DNA of 64,000 bases from Alphaproteobacteria bacterium (GTDB lineage Bacteria; Pseudomonadota; Alphaproteobacteria; CALKHQ01). Of this stretch, positions 10,201-19,087 are shown piece by piece. Where the stretch lies: assembly GCA_965227515.1 (NCBI GenBank), contig CBDDFZ010000002.1, forward strand, positions 1,184,001 to 1,248,000, read 5' to 3'. The first letter of the stretch is position 1, and each line of letters begins with the position of its first letter. A model generated the notes under the pieces. That model was not told the origin of the DNA. It ran no database searches and worked only from the letters and a program-made list of their open reading frames with translations. A program made the position numbers and the translations under genes.

Positions 10201-11010
10201 TCAGTCCAACGGACCGTCGCGCAGGGCCGACAGCGGCATGGCGTCGATATCCTGCAAGAGCGATACCAGCCCCGCCGCCGCGCCATCGACCAGCGCCTTG
10301 CCGCGTTCGACATCGGCATCGGTGGCGTCGCCGGCCGCACCTGCCGGATGCAGGTCCTGGGTCTGCCAGCCGAACGCGACCTTGCCGTGCGGGCGCAGGT
10401 GCTTGTACCGCGCCACCATGTCCAGGGTGGTTGGCCGGAAGTCCTCGGCCTTGTCCATCTGCACCAGGTCCGGCCGCAGGTGCAGCATCATCGATGTCTC
10501 GATGCCGCCGCCGTGGATGCCATAGGCGATCTCCTCGGCGTCGAACCAGGGCGAGGGGTCGACCAGGTGGTACCAGTTCGCCAGCACGGCCAGCATCTTG
10601 CGGCGGACCCGCAGGTCGCGGGCGACGATGTCGACAATCTGCGGCTGGCCTCCATGGCTGTTGAACAGCACAATCTTGCGCACGCCGGCATTGGCGACGC
10701 AGTCGCCGATTTCCGTCCACAGCCGGATCAGAGTCTCCGCCGACAGCGACAGGGTGCCCGGGAAAGCCAAGTGCTCGTTCGACTTGCCCACCGGCATGGC
10801 GGGCAGGATGACCGCCGGCAGCTCGTCCGGCATCATCTCCACCGCGCGCTCGACGATGCCCTGGTTGATGCAGGCGTCGACGTAGACCGGCAGATGCGGG
10901 CCATGCTGCTCGATCGCGCCGACCGGCAGCACGGCGATCACGCGCTCGGCGTCCAACTGGCCGAACTCGGCGGTGGTCATGTCGTGCCAATAGCGGCGTG
11001 GTGCAGTCAT
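10201..11010 (-). CDS. Creatininase-family amidohydrolase
   Basis: GAIEQHGPHLP..D, NSHGG, HGGGIETS. Confidence 0.93.
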   Translation of the reverse strand: MTAPRRYWHDMTTAEFGQLDAERVIAVLPVGAIEQHGPHLPVYVDACINQGIVERAVEMMPDELPAVILPAMPVGKSNEHLAFPGTLSLSAETLIRLWTEIGDCVANAGVRKIVLFNSHGGQPQIVDIVARDLRVRRKMLAVLANWYHLVDPSPWFDAEEIAYGIHGGGIETSMMLHLRPDLVQMDKAEDFRPTTLDMVARYKHLRPHGKVAFGWQTQDLHPAGAAGDATDADVERGKALVDGAAAGLVSLLQDIDAMPLSALRDGPLD

Positions 11011-11059
11011 GATGCCTCAGGAACGACGCGATGTAGTTGGTTGATCCGGCCCAGTGTGG

Positions 11060-11278
11060 TCACTCGGCCGCGTCGGCAGGGTGGTGAAACCGTGCTGGAG
11101 GTACCGGCATGCCCCGTTCCTTGGCCACCTCGAGCCACGCCTCGATCATCTGACGCAACTCCGCCACCGCGCCTTCTGGGGTTTCCCCATGGGCCGCGCA
11201 CGGCTTCAGGTCCGGCGCCTCGGCAATCCATATGGCGTCGTCTTCGGACCAGTAGACCACGATTGCGTATTCGGTCAT
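11060..11278 (-). CDS. hicB: HicB-family antitoxin (short, no DNA-binding domain)
   Basis: Y.IVVYWSEDD..WIAEAPDL..C.AHGETPEGA....PVP. Confidence 0.88.
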   Translation of the reverse strand: MTEYAIVVYWSEDDAIWIAEAPDLKPCAAHGETPEGAVAELRQMIEAWLEVAKERGMPVPPARFHHPADAAE

Positions 11279-11538
11279 CGGCTCACATCTAGGGTCAAGT
11301 CGTGGTTCCTGATCATATCGCGAAGTTGGCGCACTTGGTACCGCTTGGCGTCCGTGCCATCTGCTTGAACCGGAAAGGGCCGGTCAAGGTGCGGATGGAC
11401 ATAGATTCGGTGGCTGCCCGATTGACGGACAAACTCGAAGCCCAATGATGTCAACAGGACTTCGAGATCGCGAAATCGCACTATCTCGCCGCGGAGAACT
11501 GCATCGTAGATGCGGGAAAGCTTCGAACGCCGGACCAT
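11275..11538 (-). CDS. hicA: HicA-family mRNA interferase toxin
   Basis: LGFEFVRQSGSHRIY, AKRYQVRQ; ATGA overlap with hicB. Confidence 0.88.
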   Translation of the reverse strand: MVRRSKLSRIYDAVLRGEIVRFRDLEVLLTSLGFEFVRQSGSHRIYVHPHLDRPFPVQADGTDAKRYQVRQLRDMIRNHDLTLDVSR

Positions 11539-11668
11539 CGGTGGCTCTCAGGCTCCCCATCTCGCGGATGTCGTAACAGGCGCGTGTCCGATATAACGTC
11601 TGGAATGACGCGCGACCATCCCCGCCGGCTGCCACCGGCTGTTATCGTGACCTTGTGATCCCTCAGCG

Positions 11669-12406
11669 ATGATCCTGCTGTTCACCGACTTCGGCTACCA
11701 GGGCTTCTACGTCGGCCAGGTGAAGGCCGTGCTCGCCGAACAGGCGCCCAACACCAAAGTCGTCGACCTGATGCACGACGCCACCGCGTTCGACCCGTGC
11801 GGCGCGGCCTATCTGTTGGCGGCGCTGACCCAGGCGGCACCGGTGGGCACCATCATACTGGCGGTGGTCGACCCCGGCGTCGGCGGCGACCGGCGTCCGC
11901 TGGTAGTCCGTGCGGACGAGCGGCTGTTCATCGGGCCGGACAATGGCCTGTTCGAGCTGGTGATGCGCCGGGCCGAGGCGGTGGAATGCCACCAGATCAA
12001 CTGGCGGCCGGAAACGCTGTCGCCGAGCTTCCACGGCCGCGACCTGTTCGCCCCGGTGGCCGGCGCACTGGCGCGGGGTGCGACATATGGCGGGTCGAGC
12101 ATTCCGGTCGAGGCGGCGCGGCGCGCGCACTGGCCGGACGACCTGGCCGAGATCATCCACATCGACGGGTTCGGCAACCTGATCACCGGGGTGCGCGCGG
12201 CCTCTCTGCCCGACGATGCCGTGTTGCAGGTGGGCGCGCACACGGTGGTGCGGGCGCGCACCTTCTCCGACGTGCCGGAGGGCCAGGCGTTCTGGTACGA
12301 GAACTCGATCGGGCTGGCCGAGATCGCGGTCAACCAGGGCCACGCCGCCAACGACCTGGGCCTAACGCGCGGCGCGGAAATCTCAATGGGTGCGTGCGGC
12401 GGTTAG
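11669..12406 (+). CDS. SAM hydrolase/halogenase family protein (DUF62)
   Basis: FTDFG, VVDPGVG, GPDNG, FHGRDLFAP, IDGFGN. Confidence 0.92.
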   Translation: MILLFTDFGYQGFYVGQVKAVLAEQAPNTKVVDLMHDATAFDPCGAAYLLAALTQAAPVGTIILAVVDPGVGGDRRPLVVRADERLFIGPDNGLFELVMRRAEAVECHQINWRPETLSPSFHGRDLFAPVAGALARGATYGGSSIPVEAARRAHWPDDLAEIIHIDGFGNLITGVRAASLPDDAVLQVGAHTVVRARTFSDVPEGQAFWYENSIGLAEIAVNQGHAANDLGLTRGAEISMGACGG

Positions 12407-13588
12407 TCCCGCCGCTCTCGGCGCCCGGCTGGCGCTTTGTTTCTCCAACGCCTCATCCAGCTTCGACTGCGGCCAGCCTTCCGCCAAGGCTTGTGTCAGC
12501 ACCTCCTGCGCGCTTTTCGGCGCAAGCCCATACAATGGCGGGTCGTTGTCCAGGTTGGTCGGAAACGGATAGCCGTCCGCGGTCGCGGCGATCACCGCGC
12601 GCCTGCCTGCCTCCGAAAGACCGGCCAGATGGGGATAGACCGCGCGCGCCATCGCGGTGCGGTCCAACGCTTCCATATGCTTGGCGAAGGCGGACGCGGT
12701 CTGCAGCAGATTGGCCATGCGCACCACGTCCTTGGTCCGGTTCTCGCCGGCGGCGTGGAACAGCGCCGGGCTGAAGAACATCGCATCGCCCTTGTTGAGC
12801 GGAAGCTGGACGAAGTGCTTTTCGAAATAGGCAGCGAATTCCGGCCGGCTCGCGGCCATGTAGCCCCACAGATAATGCTGCGAGTAGGGCAGCACCTTGG
12901 TCGGCCCGCTTTCGACCGTCATGTCGATATGCGCCACCGCGCCCTGCAGGATCAGCGCGCCGCCCATGGCATGGACGTGCGGCGGGTAGGTCGCCATCTG
13001 CTCGGGCGACATGAAGCCGAGGTGATAGTCGCGATGCGGTGCTTGCGGCTTGCCGCCGGGGCGCACCTGGTTGACCTGGGTCGCGAGCTGGTAGCCGGGG
13101 CCGAGCCAGGACCGGCAGGCAATGTCGACCACGGGATTGGCCATGTAGCGCGCATAGACGTCGGGCGCGCGCAGGCACAGCTTCTGGAGGCTGTTCCACA
13201 GCCGGTCGTTCGCGCCGGCCTTGGCGAAGTGGTCGCCCGCCGCGGTGCCCGCCGCCCGCTCCTCGGCAATCAGATCCCGGAACACGGCGCTGGCTGCATC
13301 GAGCGCCTCGAGGTCGCCGAACGCTCGCTTGACGACGAAGATGCCGGGCCCATCGGCGATGAGCGACGCCCACTCCGGCGCGATATCCTCGCTCACGTCG
13401 CCGGCGTCGTAGATCGGTATCTTCTGCTCGAGCCCAATCGCGGTCGGGCACATCTGCGCAGGTGTCTCGACCTCGACCTGACGCCGGAAGTCGTCGAGGC
13501 AAATGGCGTCCAGCGGGTTCTTCGCCTTTTCGACTGCTACAACATCCTGCACCTGACCGACCTCCCCCGGATGCGGCCGTCTTGTCAC
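12383..13588 (-). CDS. Phytanoyl-CoA dioxygenase (PhyH) family Fe/2OG enzyme; start uncertain
   Basis: PHRDYHLG HxD motif, SGPT, LFHAAG distal His. Confidence 0.85.
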   Translation of the reverse strand: MTRRPHPGEVGQVQDVVAVEKAKNPLDAICLDDFRRQVEVETPAQMCPTAIGLEQKIPIYDAGDVSEDIAPEWASLIADGPGIFVVKRAFGDLEALDAASAVFRDLIAEERAAGTAAGDHFAKAGANDRLWNSLQKLCLRAPDVYARYMANPVVDIACRSWLGPGYQLATQVNQVRPGGKPQAPHRDYHLGFMSPEQMATYPPHVHAMGGALILQGAVAHIDMTVESGPTKVLPYSQHYLWGYMAASRPEFAAYFEKHFVQLPLNKGDAMFFSPALFHAAGENRTKDVVRMANLLQTASAFAKHMEALDRTAMARAVYPHLAGLSEAGRRAVIAATADGYPFPTNLDNDPPLYGLAPKSAQEVLTQALAEGWPQSKLDEALEKQSASRAPRAAGLTAARTH

Positions 13589-13667
13589 CGCGGATTGCGG
13601 TTGCGGCGCGCATATTGTTCGGGAGTCTATGCACCGGCACCCGCGCGGAGCAAGGCTTTGCCAGCAG

Positions 13668-14402
13668 CTAGCGCCGGGTCACAACCAGCCGGTAGCCCAG
13701 GTCCAAGGCGTCCAGGTCCGGCAGGTGCGCGTTGCGCTCGGCCCAGGCGCCCGAGGCGAGATCGGCTTCCAGCCGCGCAAGGCCCGGCGAGATGTCGCCA
13801 ATCTTCCAGAACGACGACATGGCAGCGCGTATCCTGGGGTCGAGATAGGCCGCCGGCCGCCGCCAGTAGGCGCACAGGAAGCCGTCGGCGCAGTCGTGCG
13901 GGATCGGCACCGGGGTCACGTCGACCGGCCCCAGCCATGCCGCGAAGTCGCTCATCCCGGGCATCTGGTCCTGGTCGAGGGCGACCAGCGCCGGGAAATA
14001 GTCGTAGAGCCAATAGTCCTGGAAGTCCGGGTCGTAGGTCAGGATCGCGACCGGCCCGCGCGCCACGCGGCGCATCTCCGCCAACCCCTTCGGCTTGTCG
14101 GTCCAGTGGTGGACCGTCAGGACGGCCATCGCGGCGTCGAAGGCATTGTCGGCGAAGGGCAGGTCTTCCGCCCCAGCCTGCACCGCAAGGTCCGTGCCGG
14201 CCTTGCGCTGCCCGATCATTTCGGCCGAGGGCTCGACCGACGTTACCGCCATGTCGCCAGGCTCGTACGACCCCGCACCGGCGCCGACATTGACCACGCT
14301 GGTCGCAGCACCCAGGGCGTCGCGGATCGCCTGGGCGATGCGGGGATCGGGCTTCCTGAGGTTGGCGTAGTCGACGCCGATGGTGTCGTAGGTCGCGGCC
14401 AT
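13668..14402 (-). CDS. Class I SAM-dependent methyltransferase
   Basis: VVNVGAGAGSYEP, AEDLPFADNAFD, TVHHW. Confidence 0.92.
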   Translation of the reverse strand: MAATYDTIGVDYANLRKPDPRIAQAIRDALGAATSVVNVGAGAGSYEPGDMAVTSVEPSAEMIGQRKAGTDLAVQAGAEDLPFADNAFDAAMAVLTVHHWTDKPKGLAEMRRVARGPVAILTYDPDFQDYWLYDYFPALVALDQDQMPGMSDFAAWLGPVDVTPVPIPHDCADGFLCAYWRRPAAYLDPRIRAAMSSFWKIGDISPGLARLEADLASGAWAERNAHLPDLDALDLGYRLVVTRR

Positions 14403-14473
14403 GCGGCTACCTATCACACCGCATTCCGGCCCGCGATGCGTGCTTGCGCGCCGGAATGCGGTTTCGCGATGCC

Positions 14474-14698
14474 TTATCGCAGACGCCAGTCCATCGCGTC
14501 GCGGAGCTGGCTGCGATCCAGCCCGACGTCGGCCAGCAAGTGGTCCGGCATGCCCAACAGGTACCGGTAGTCGCTCAGGTGACGCCGTCGGGTCAGAAAC
14601 CGCGTCCACCACCGCGCCGGTGCGGCCTGGCTGGTCTTGCGACGGCCGCCGCTGCGGGGGTGCGGCAACGGTAACGGCAGGATCTGTGCGTATGACAT
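14474..14698 (-). CDS. DUF1127 (YjiS-like) small protein
   Basis: Arg-rich N-terminus then LLGMPDHLLADVGLDR; GGAG SD. Confidence 0.8.
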   Translation of the reverse strand: MSYAQILPLPLPHPRSGGRRKTSQAAPARWWTRFLTRRRHLSDYRYLLGMPDHLLADVGLDRSQLRDAMDWRLR

Positions 14699-14748
14699 GA
14701 CTATGAACTCCGTGAACGTGGTTCGTGGGGACGGAAGGTGTGGCGTGC

Positions 14749-15309
14749 TCAGCTATGGGCCGCCGCCAGCGAGGGCGCCGGGCGGCGCTCGATGGTCACC
14801 CGGAACAGCATCGTGAACAGGGCGGCGATGCCCAGGGTGGCGGCCCCGATGTCGGCGGTCAGCGCGATCCAGGATTCCACCAGGTAGTCGTGGACCGTCC
14901 AGAACACGCCGCCGGACAGGATCAGCAGCCGCAGTGCGAGCTGGTTGTCCTGCATGCGGCCGAACGCGATCAGCCCCATCGCCATCACGCACAGCATCGA
15001 TTCCGGTCCGTTCCAGAAATAGATGCCGGCCGCCATCATCAGCGGAATCAGGCCATAGCCGATGCGGTTGAGCGCACGGCTGCGCGGGGCGAACAGGGCC
15101 GCGACCGTTTGCACAGACCCCAGCACGTTGACCAGCGACGGCGCTGCCAGGTCGAGCAGGGCATAGTGGGTGGCAAAGCCCACGCCCGCGCCGAGCTGGG
15201 CAAGCAGGATGCCGCGCCTGGACCGGAACAGCGGCCAGGAGGTGAGGCAGACCATCGCGAAGATGCCGGCGGTCGCCGCCGCCGGATTGTCGAGAAACGA
15301 ATCCAGCAT
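14749..15309 (-). CDS. YgjV-family inner membrane protein
   Basis: Multiple TM segments, SRRGIL, ATHYALL, GRMQ..LR, WTVHD. Confidence 0.75.
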   Translation of the reverse strand: MLDSFLDNPAAATAGIFAMVCLTSWPLFRSRRGILLAQLGAGVGFATHYALLDLAAPSLVNVLGSVQTVAALFAPRSRALNRIGYGLIPLMMAAGIYFWNGPESMLCVMAMGLIAFGRMQDNQLALRLLILSGGVFWTVHDYLVESWIALTADIGAATLGIAALFTMLFRVTIERRPAPSLAAAHS

Positions 15310-15312
15310 GAC

Positions 15313-15576
15313 TCAGTCTCCGTACCTGGAGCGCGCGTTCCAGCGGCCGTACTTGTAGGCTGCAACGACATCGCTGCGGGTCAGCCCGATGTCGTGGAGC
15401 TGGTGCTGGCTCATCGCCATCAGCCGGTCGTATTCCAACCGCCTGAGATATGCGTTGCAGGCACCGGTCAGCAGCCTGCGCGGCAACGCGATGATCCGAT
15501 GTACGAGGTTCCTGGACTGCGGCCGAGGCTCTATCTCGTCTGCCGCAAGCCATGCGTGTCTTGCTTGCGATTCCAT
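15313..15576 (-). CDS. DUF1127 small protein
   Basis: LMAMSQHQLHDIGLTRSDV motif. Confidence 0.8.
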   Translation of the reverse strand: MESQARHAWLAADEIEPRPQSRNLVHRIIALPRRLLTGACNAYLRRLEYDRLMAMSQHQLHDIGLTRSDVVAAYKYGRWNARSRYGD

Positions 15577-15739
15577 GATTTTGACCTTGTGAATTCTGGT
15601 CCGGCCGGGGACGGCGGACGCAACACTGGTTGTGCCGCATGCGACAGGCATGCGGTCGACCGGGCCTCCGGCGGTGTGTTCGATAATGCGCGGTTGCGGC
15701 GTGCGGGCCCGCCATGGGTGAGGGGCCGCTACCGCCGGC

Positions 15740-16264
15740 CTATCCGGTGGCGCGCAAAGGCTCCACTGCCCTGTCGGTTGCGCGGCTTTCCGCTGGCAAG
15801 CGATGCGGGGTGTCCTGCCCGGTTGCCTGATGCAGGGCGACGGTTCGGCCCATCCGCGCCGACAGCACGGCGATAGACGCCGCCAGGCTCTGGTCGCAGT
15901 GCAGCAGATGGCGGAAGCCGAGGCCCTCCAGGAACTTGCGCACGGACTGGGCGCCGGCACATACGCGCATCTCGCGGCCGGCGGTCTTCGCCAGCTTGGC
16001 GGCCACCACCAGGCCACGGGTGCCGGCATGGGTGATGACGTCCACCCGCGACAGGTCGACGATCAGGTTGGTCTTTCCGCCGTCAACGGCGGCGACAAGG
16101 GCGTCGTAGAGGCGGCCCGCCTCATGACTGTTGACAGTGCCCGAGACCTCCAGGATCGTGATCCCGCTCATGGTGCGGGACCGCAGGTCCATCGGTTCGA
16201 ACCCAAGGGCGTCGGCGTCAATACGTGAAGGCAAACCGGCGCCGGGGGCGCTGGGCTTGGTCAT
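15740..16264 (-). CDS. STAS-domain protein (anti-sigma antagonist-like)
   Basis: ILEVSGTVN...LIVDLSRVDVITHAG..L...V...L STAS pattern; AGGAG SD. Confidence 0.8.
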   Translation of the reverse strand: MTKPSAPGAGLPSRIDADALGFEPMDLRSRTMSGITILEVSGTVNSHEAGRLYDALVAAVDGGKTNLIVDLSRVDVITHAGTRGLVVAAKLAKTAGREMRVCAGAQSVRKFLEGLGFRHLLHCDQSLAASIAVLSARMGRTVALHQATGQDTPHRLPAESRATDRAVEPLRATG

Positions 16265-16469
16265 TCTCCTGCTCCATCCATGTAGGTTGACGGCCTGGCC
16301 GGTCTGTCGCGCCCTTGCCCTTGCCAGATCCCCTCTGTGGATCGGGTCGTTCGGCAGAGTCGGCGTGCCGTTGCATGGGGCATGTAGGGATCGCCCGTTG
16401 TTGTCAGCGTTGTATTCAGGGTGTTAATTCTGCGGGCGCACCGTTGTTTTGCGCACCGCAGGCGTTGTT

Positions 16470-18011
16470 GTGGCTCAGACTCTCAAGGTTTCGTTCTTGG
16501 GCGAGCTGCGTGTCACGTCGCCGGACGCGGAGCTGACGCTCCCCGCATCGCGAAAGGCGCGCGCGCTGTTGGCCTTCCTGATCGCTACCGGACGGCCACA
16601 CCGCCGGGAGCGCTTGTGCGAGTTGTTCTGGAAATTGCCGGACGATCCCAAGGCCGCGCTGCGCTGGTCGCTCAGCAAGCTGCGCAAGATCGTCGATGCG
16701 CCGGATTGCCCGCGGATCATGGCGGATCGGGAGCGGGTGGCGTTCGACGCCGTCGATGTCGAAATCGACATACGCTGCATCCAACGGCGCCTGCGCCAGC
16801 GTGACGGCCATCTGCCGGTCGCCGACTTGGAAGGGATGGCGCACCAGCTGGAGCCGGTGCTGCTCGACGGGCTGGACGGTGCCGGCGACGATGCGTTCGA
16901 GACCTGGCTGATGGGCGAGCGCGAGGACGCGCACGCCGCGCGGGTCCAGGTGTTGCAGCAGCTTGCCACCCACCCCGATGTGCCGGCGGCCTCGGCCGGC
17001 AAATGGCAGCGCCTGTGGCACGAGATCGATCCTGAGGGGGCTGCGGCCGAACTGACAGCGGCAGCGCGTGCACCCGTTTCACCGCCGCGGCGCGGTCTGG
17101 GCCGCACGGCGGCGACGTCCGGCGATAGTGTCCGCCCGGCGACCAATGCCCGGGCCAACGCCTTGCGCGCACAGCGGATCGGATTCTGCGAGGTGCGCGA
17201 CGGCACCAAGATCGCTTATGCCACCGTGGGGTCGGGACCGCCGCTGTTGAAGGCGGCGAACTGGCTGAACCATCTGGAGTTCGACTGGGCCAGCCCGATC
17301 TGGGGCAGGAGCTTCGCCGCGATCGCCCGCTACCGCACCTTCGTGCGCTATGACGAGCGCGGCTGCGGCCTGTCGGACTGGGGCGTCGACGACCTGAGCT
17401 TCGACGCCTTCGTCGAGGATTTGGAGGCGGTTGCCGACAAGCTGGGGCTGGAGCGCTTCCCGCTGCTCGGCATCTCCCAGGGCTGCGCGGTGTCCATCGA
17501 ATACGCGGTGCGCCACCCGGAACGGGTCAGCGGCCTGGTGCTGGTCAGCGGCTATGCCGCCGGCTGGCGCCATCTGGCGAGCCCGGACGAGCAGGCGCGG
17601 CGCGAGGCGGTGCTGGCGCTGACCGAAGTCGGCTGGGGCACCGACAACCCGGCCTACCGCCACATCTTCTCCCAGACCTTCATGCCGGACGCGAGTGCTG
17701 CCGACCTGGCCTGGTTCGACGAGTTTCAGCGCCAGACCACCTCGCCGCACAACGCAGTCCGCTTCCAGGATGCGTTCGGCCATATCGATGTGCGCCACCG
17801 CTTGGCGGAGGTGCAGGCACCGACCATCGTGCTGCACGCCAAATACGACCAGCGCATCCCGCTCGATCTCGGCCGCGCGGTCGCCTCCGGCATCCCGAAC
17901 GCGCGTTTCGTGCCGCTGGAAAGCCGCAACCACATCCTGGTCGATCACGAGCCCGCCTGGCGCACCTGCCTGCACGCGGTCGGCGAGTTCCTGATGGAGC
18001 ACGGGATATAG
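16470..18011 (+). CDS. SARP/BTAD-like wHTH regulator fused to alpha/beta hydrolase
   Basis: LGEL, SRKARALLAFL, RERLCELFW, LRWSLSKLRK; C-terminal YDERGCG, GISQG, RNH. Confidence 0.88.
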   Translation: MAQTLKVSFLGELRVTSPDAELTLPASRKARALLAFLIATGRPHRRERLCELFWKLPDDPKAALRWSLSKLRKIVDAPDCPRIMADRERVAFDAVDVEIDIRCIQRRLRQRDGHLPVADLEGMAHQLEPVLLDGLDGAGDDAFETWLMGEREDAHAARVQVLQQLATHPDVPAASAGKWQRLWHEIDPEGAAAELTAAARAPVSPPRRGLGRTAATSGDSVRPATNARANALRAQRIGFCEVRDGTKIAYATVGSGPPLLKAANWLNHLEFDWASPIWGRSFAAIARYRTFVRYDERGCGLSDWGVDDLSFDAFVEDLEAVADKLGLERFPLLGISQGCAVSIEYAVRHPERVSGLVLVSGYAAGWRHLASPDEQARREAVLALTEVGWGTDNPAYRHIFSQTFMPDASAADLAWFDEFQRQTTSPHNAVRFQDAFGHIDVRHRLAEVQAPTIVLHAKYDQRIPLDLGRAVASGIPNARFVPLESRNHILVDHEPAWRTCLHAVGEFLMEHGI

Positions 18012-18057
18012 CGGGCTGGGTGCGCCGATGCTCGCGACGTAGGTGCGGTCGCCGCCG

Positions 18058-18984
18058 CTACAGCCACTCCTTCATGAACGCCAGAGCGGCGGTGCGCATC
18101 TCCGGCGGTTCCTCGTGGCCGCAGTCGAAGCGCATCAGCTTGAATGCTTCCGGTTGCCCCAGCTCGGCATAGCGCGCGGCGACGGTGGCCTCGATCTTGT
18201 CGAGGCCGGCCGGCGGCGTCAGTTCGTCATGGATGCCGGCCAGCCCCAAATGCGCGCGCGGCGCGATCAGCGCGTTGATCTGGCCGGTGTCGAACTGCCG
18301 CAACAGGCCGGGCACGATGTAGTAGAAGCCGTGCATGTCGAGCGCGCCGGTCTCGATGATGGTCGCCACATCGGTCAGGCAGCACAGGTCGACGCAGACG
18401 GTCACCCGGGTGTCGAGTGCTGCCAGCCACCAGCCCAGGGTGGAGCCCATGGAGAGGCCCAGCACGGCGACGCGCCCGCCGTCGATGTCCGGCCGCGCGA
18501 GTGCGTAGTCCAGGGCTGCGGCGTTGTCGTGCAGCATCATGCCCAGCAGCACGCGGCCTTCCATCAGCAGGCGTTTGACCAGCGCGTTCTCGCTGCCGTG
18601 GCGCGGCCGGTCGCCGAACATCCAGTTGTCGATGGCCAGCACCGCATAGCCGTGGCCGATCAGGTCGTGGGCATACGGGCTGACCAGGTGCGATCGGCCG
18701 CGGACCAGCTCGTCCTTGCCCAGGTCGTAGTCCCAGCCGTGGGCGTGGATGTAGTTGACCAGGGGGAACGGGCCGTCGCCCTCAGGCTTCAGGAAGATTG
18801 CGGAGACCGGCTCGTCATCGTTGAGGTCGAGCAACAGCCGCTCGCCCACCGCACCGTCGATTCCAGGGTCGTAGGGCTCGGCCTCCAGAACCCGCGGCGT
18901 GCGCCCCGGCGGGGGCCCGCCGACCAGGTCCCACAGGCGCTCACGCGCCATCGCGTCTTCGGCGGAATGGGGTGCGTCATTCAT
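18058..18984 (-). CDS. Dienelactone hydrolase-like alpha/beta hydrolase
   Basis: HAHG, GLSMG nucleophile elbow, D..P, C-terminal GH. Confidence 0.85.
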   Translation of the reverse strand: MNDAPHSAEDAMARERLWDLVGGPPPGRTPRVLEAEPYDPGIDGAVGERLLLDLNDDEPVSAIFLKPEGDGPFPLVNYIHAHGWDYDLGKDELVRGRSHLVSPYAHDLIGHGYAVLAIDNWMFGDRPRHGSENALVKRLLMEGRVLLGMMLHDNAAALDYALARPDIDGGRVAVLGLSMGSTLGWWLAALDTRVTVCVDLCCLTDVATIIETGALDMHGFYYIVPGLLRQFDTGQINALIAPRAHLGLAGIHDELTPPAGLDKIEATVAARYAELGQPEAFKLMRFDCGHEEPPEMRTAALAFMKEWL

Positions 18985-19087
18985 GGTCTTGCCTTTTTTG
19001 TTGCAGTGCAAAGCACATGCTGAGAAGCTTTTGGCTGTTTCGACATTGGTGCGGAGAGGCCCGTGCCTAAGCCTGGAGGGAACCGCG

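Noticed and set aside
11669-12406. Possible fluorinase or chlorinase
   Set aside because: Length and motifs (FHGRD) fit the common DUF62 SAM hydrolases, and there is no halometabolite cluster context
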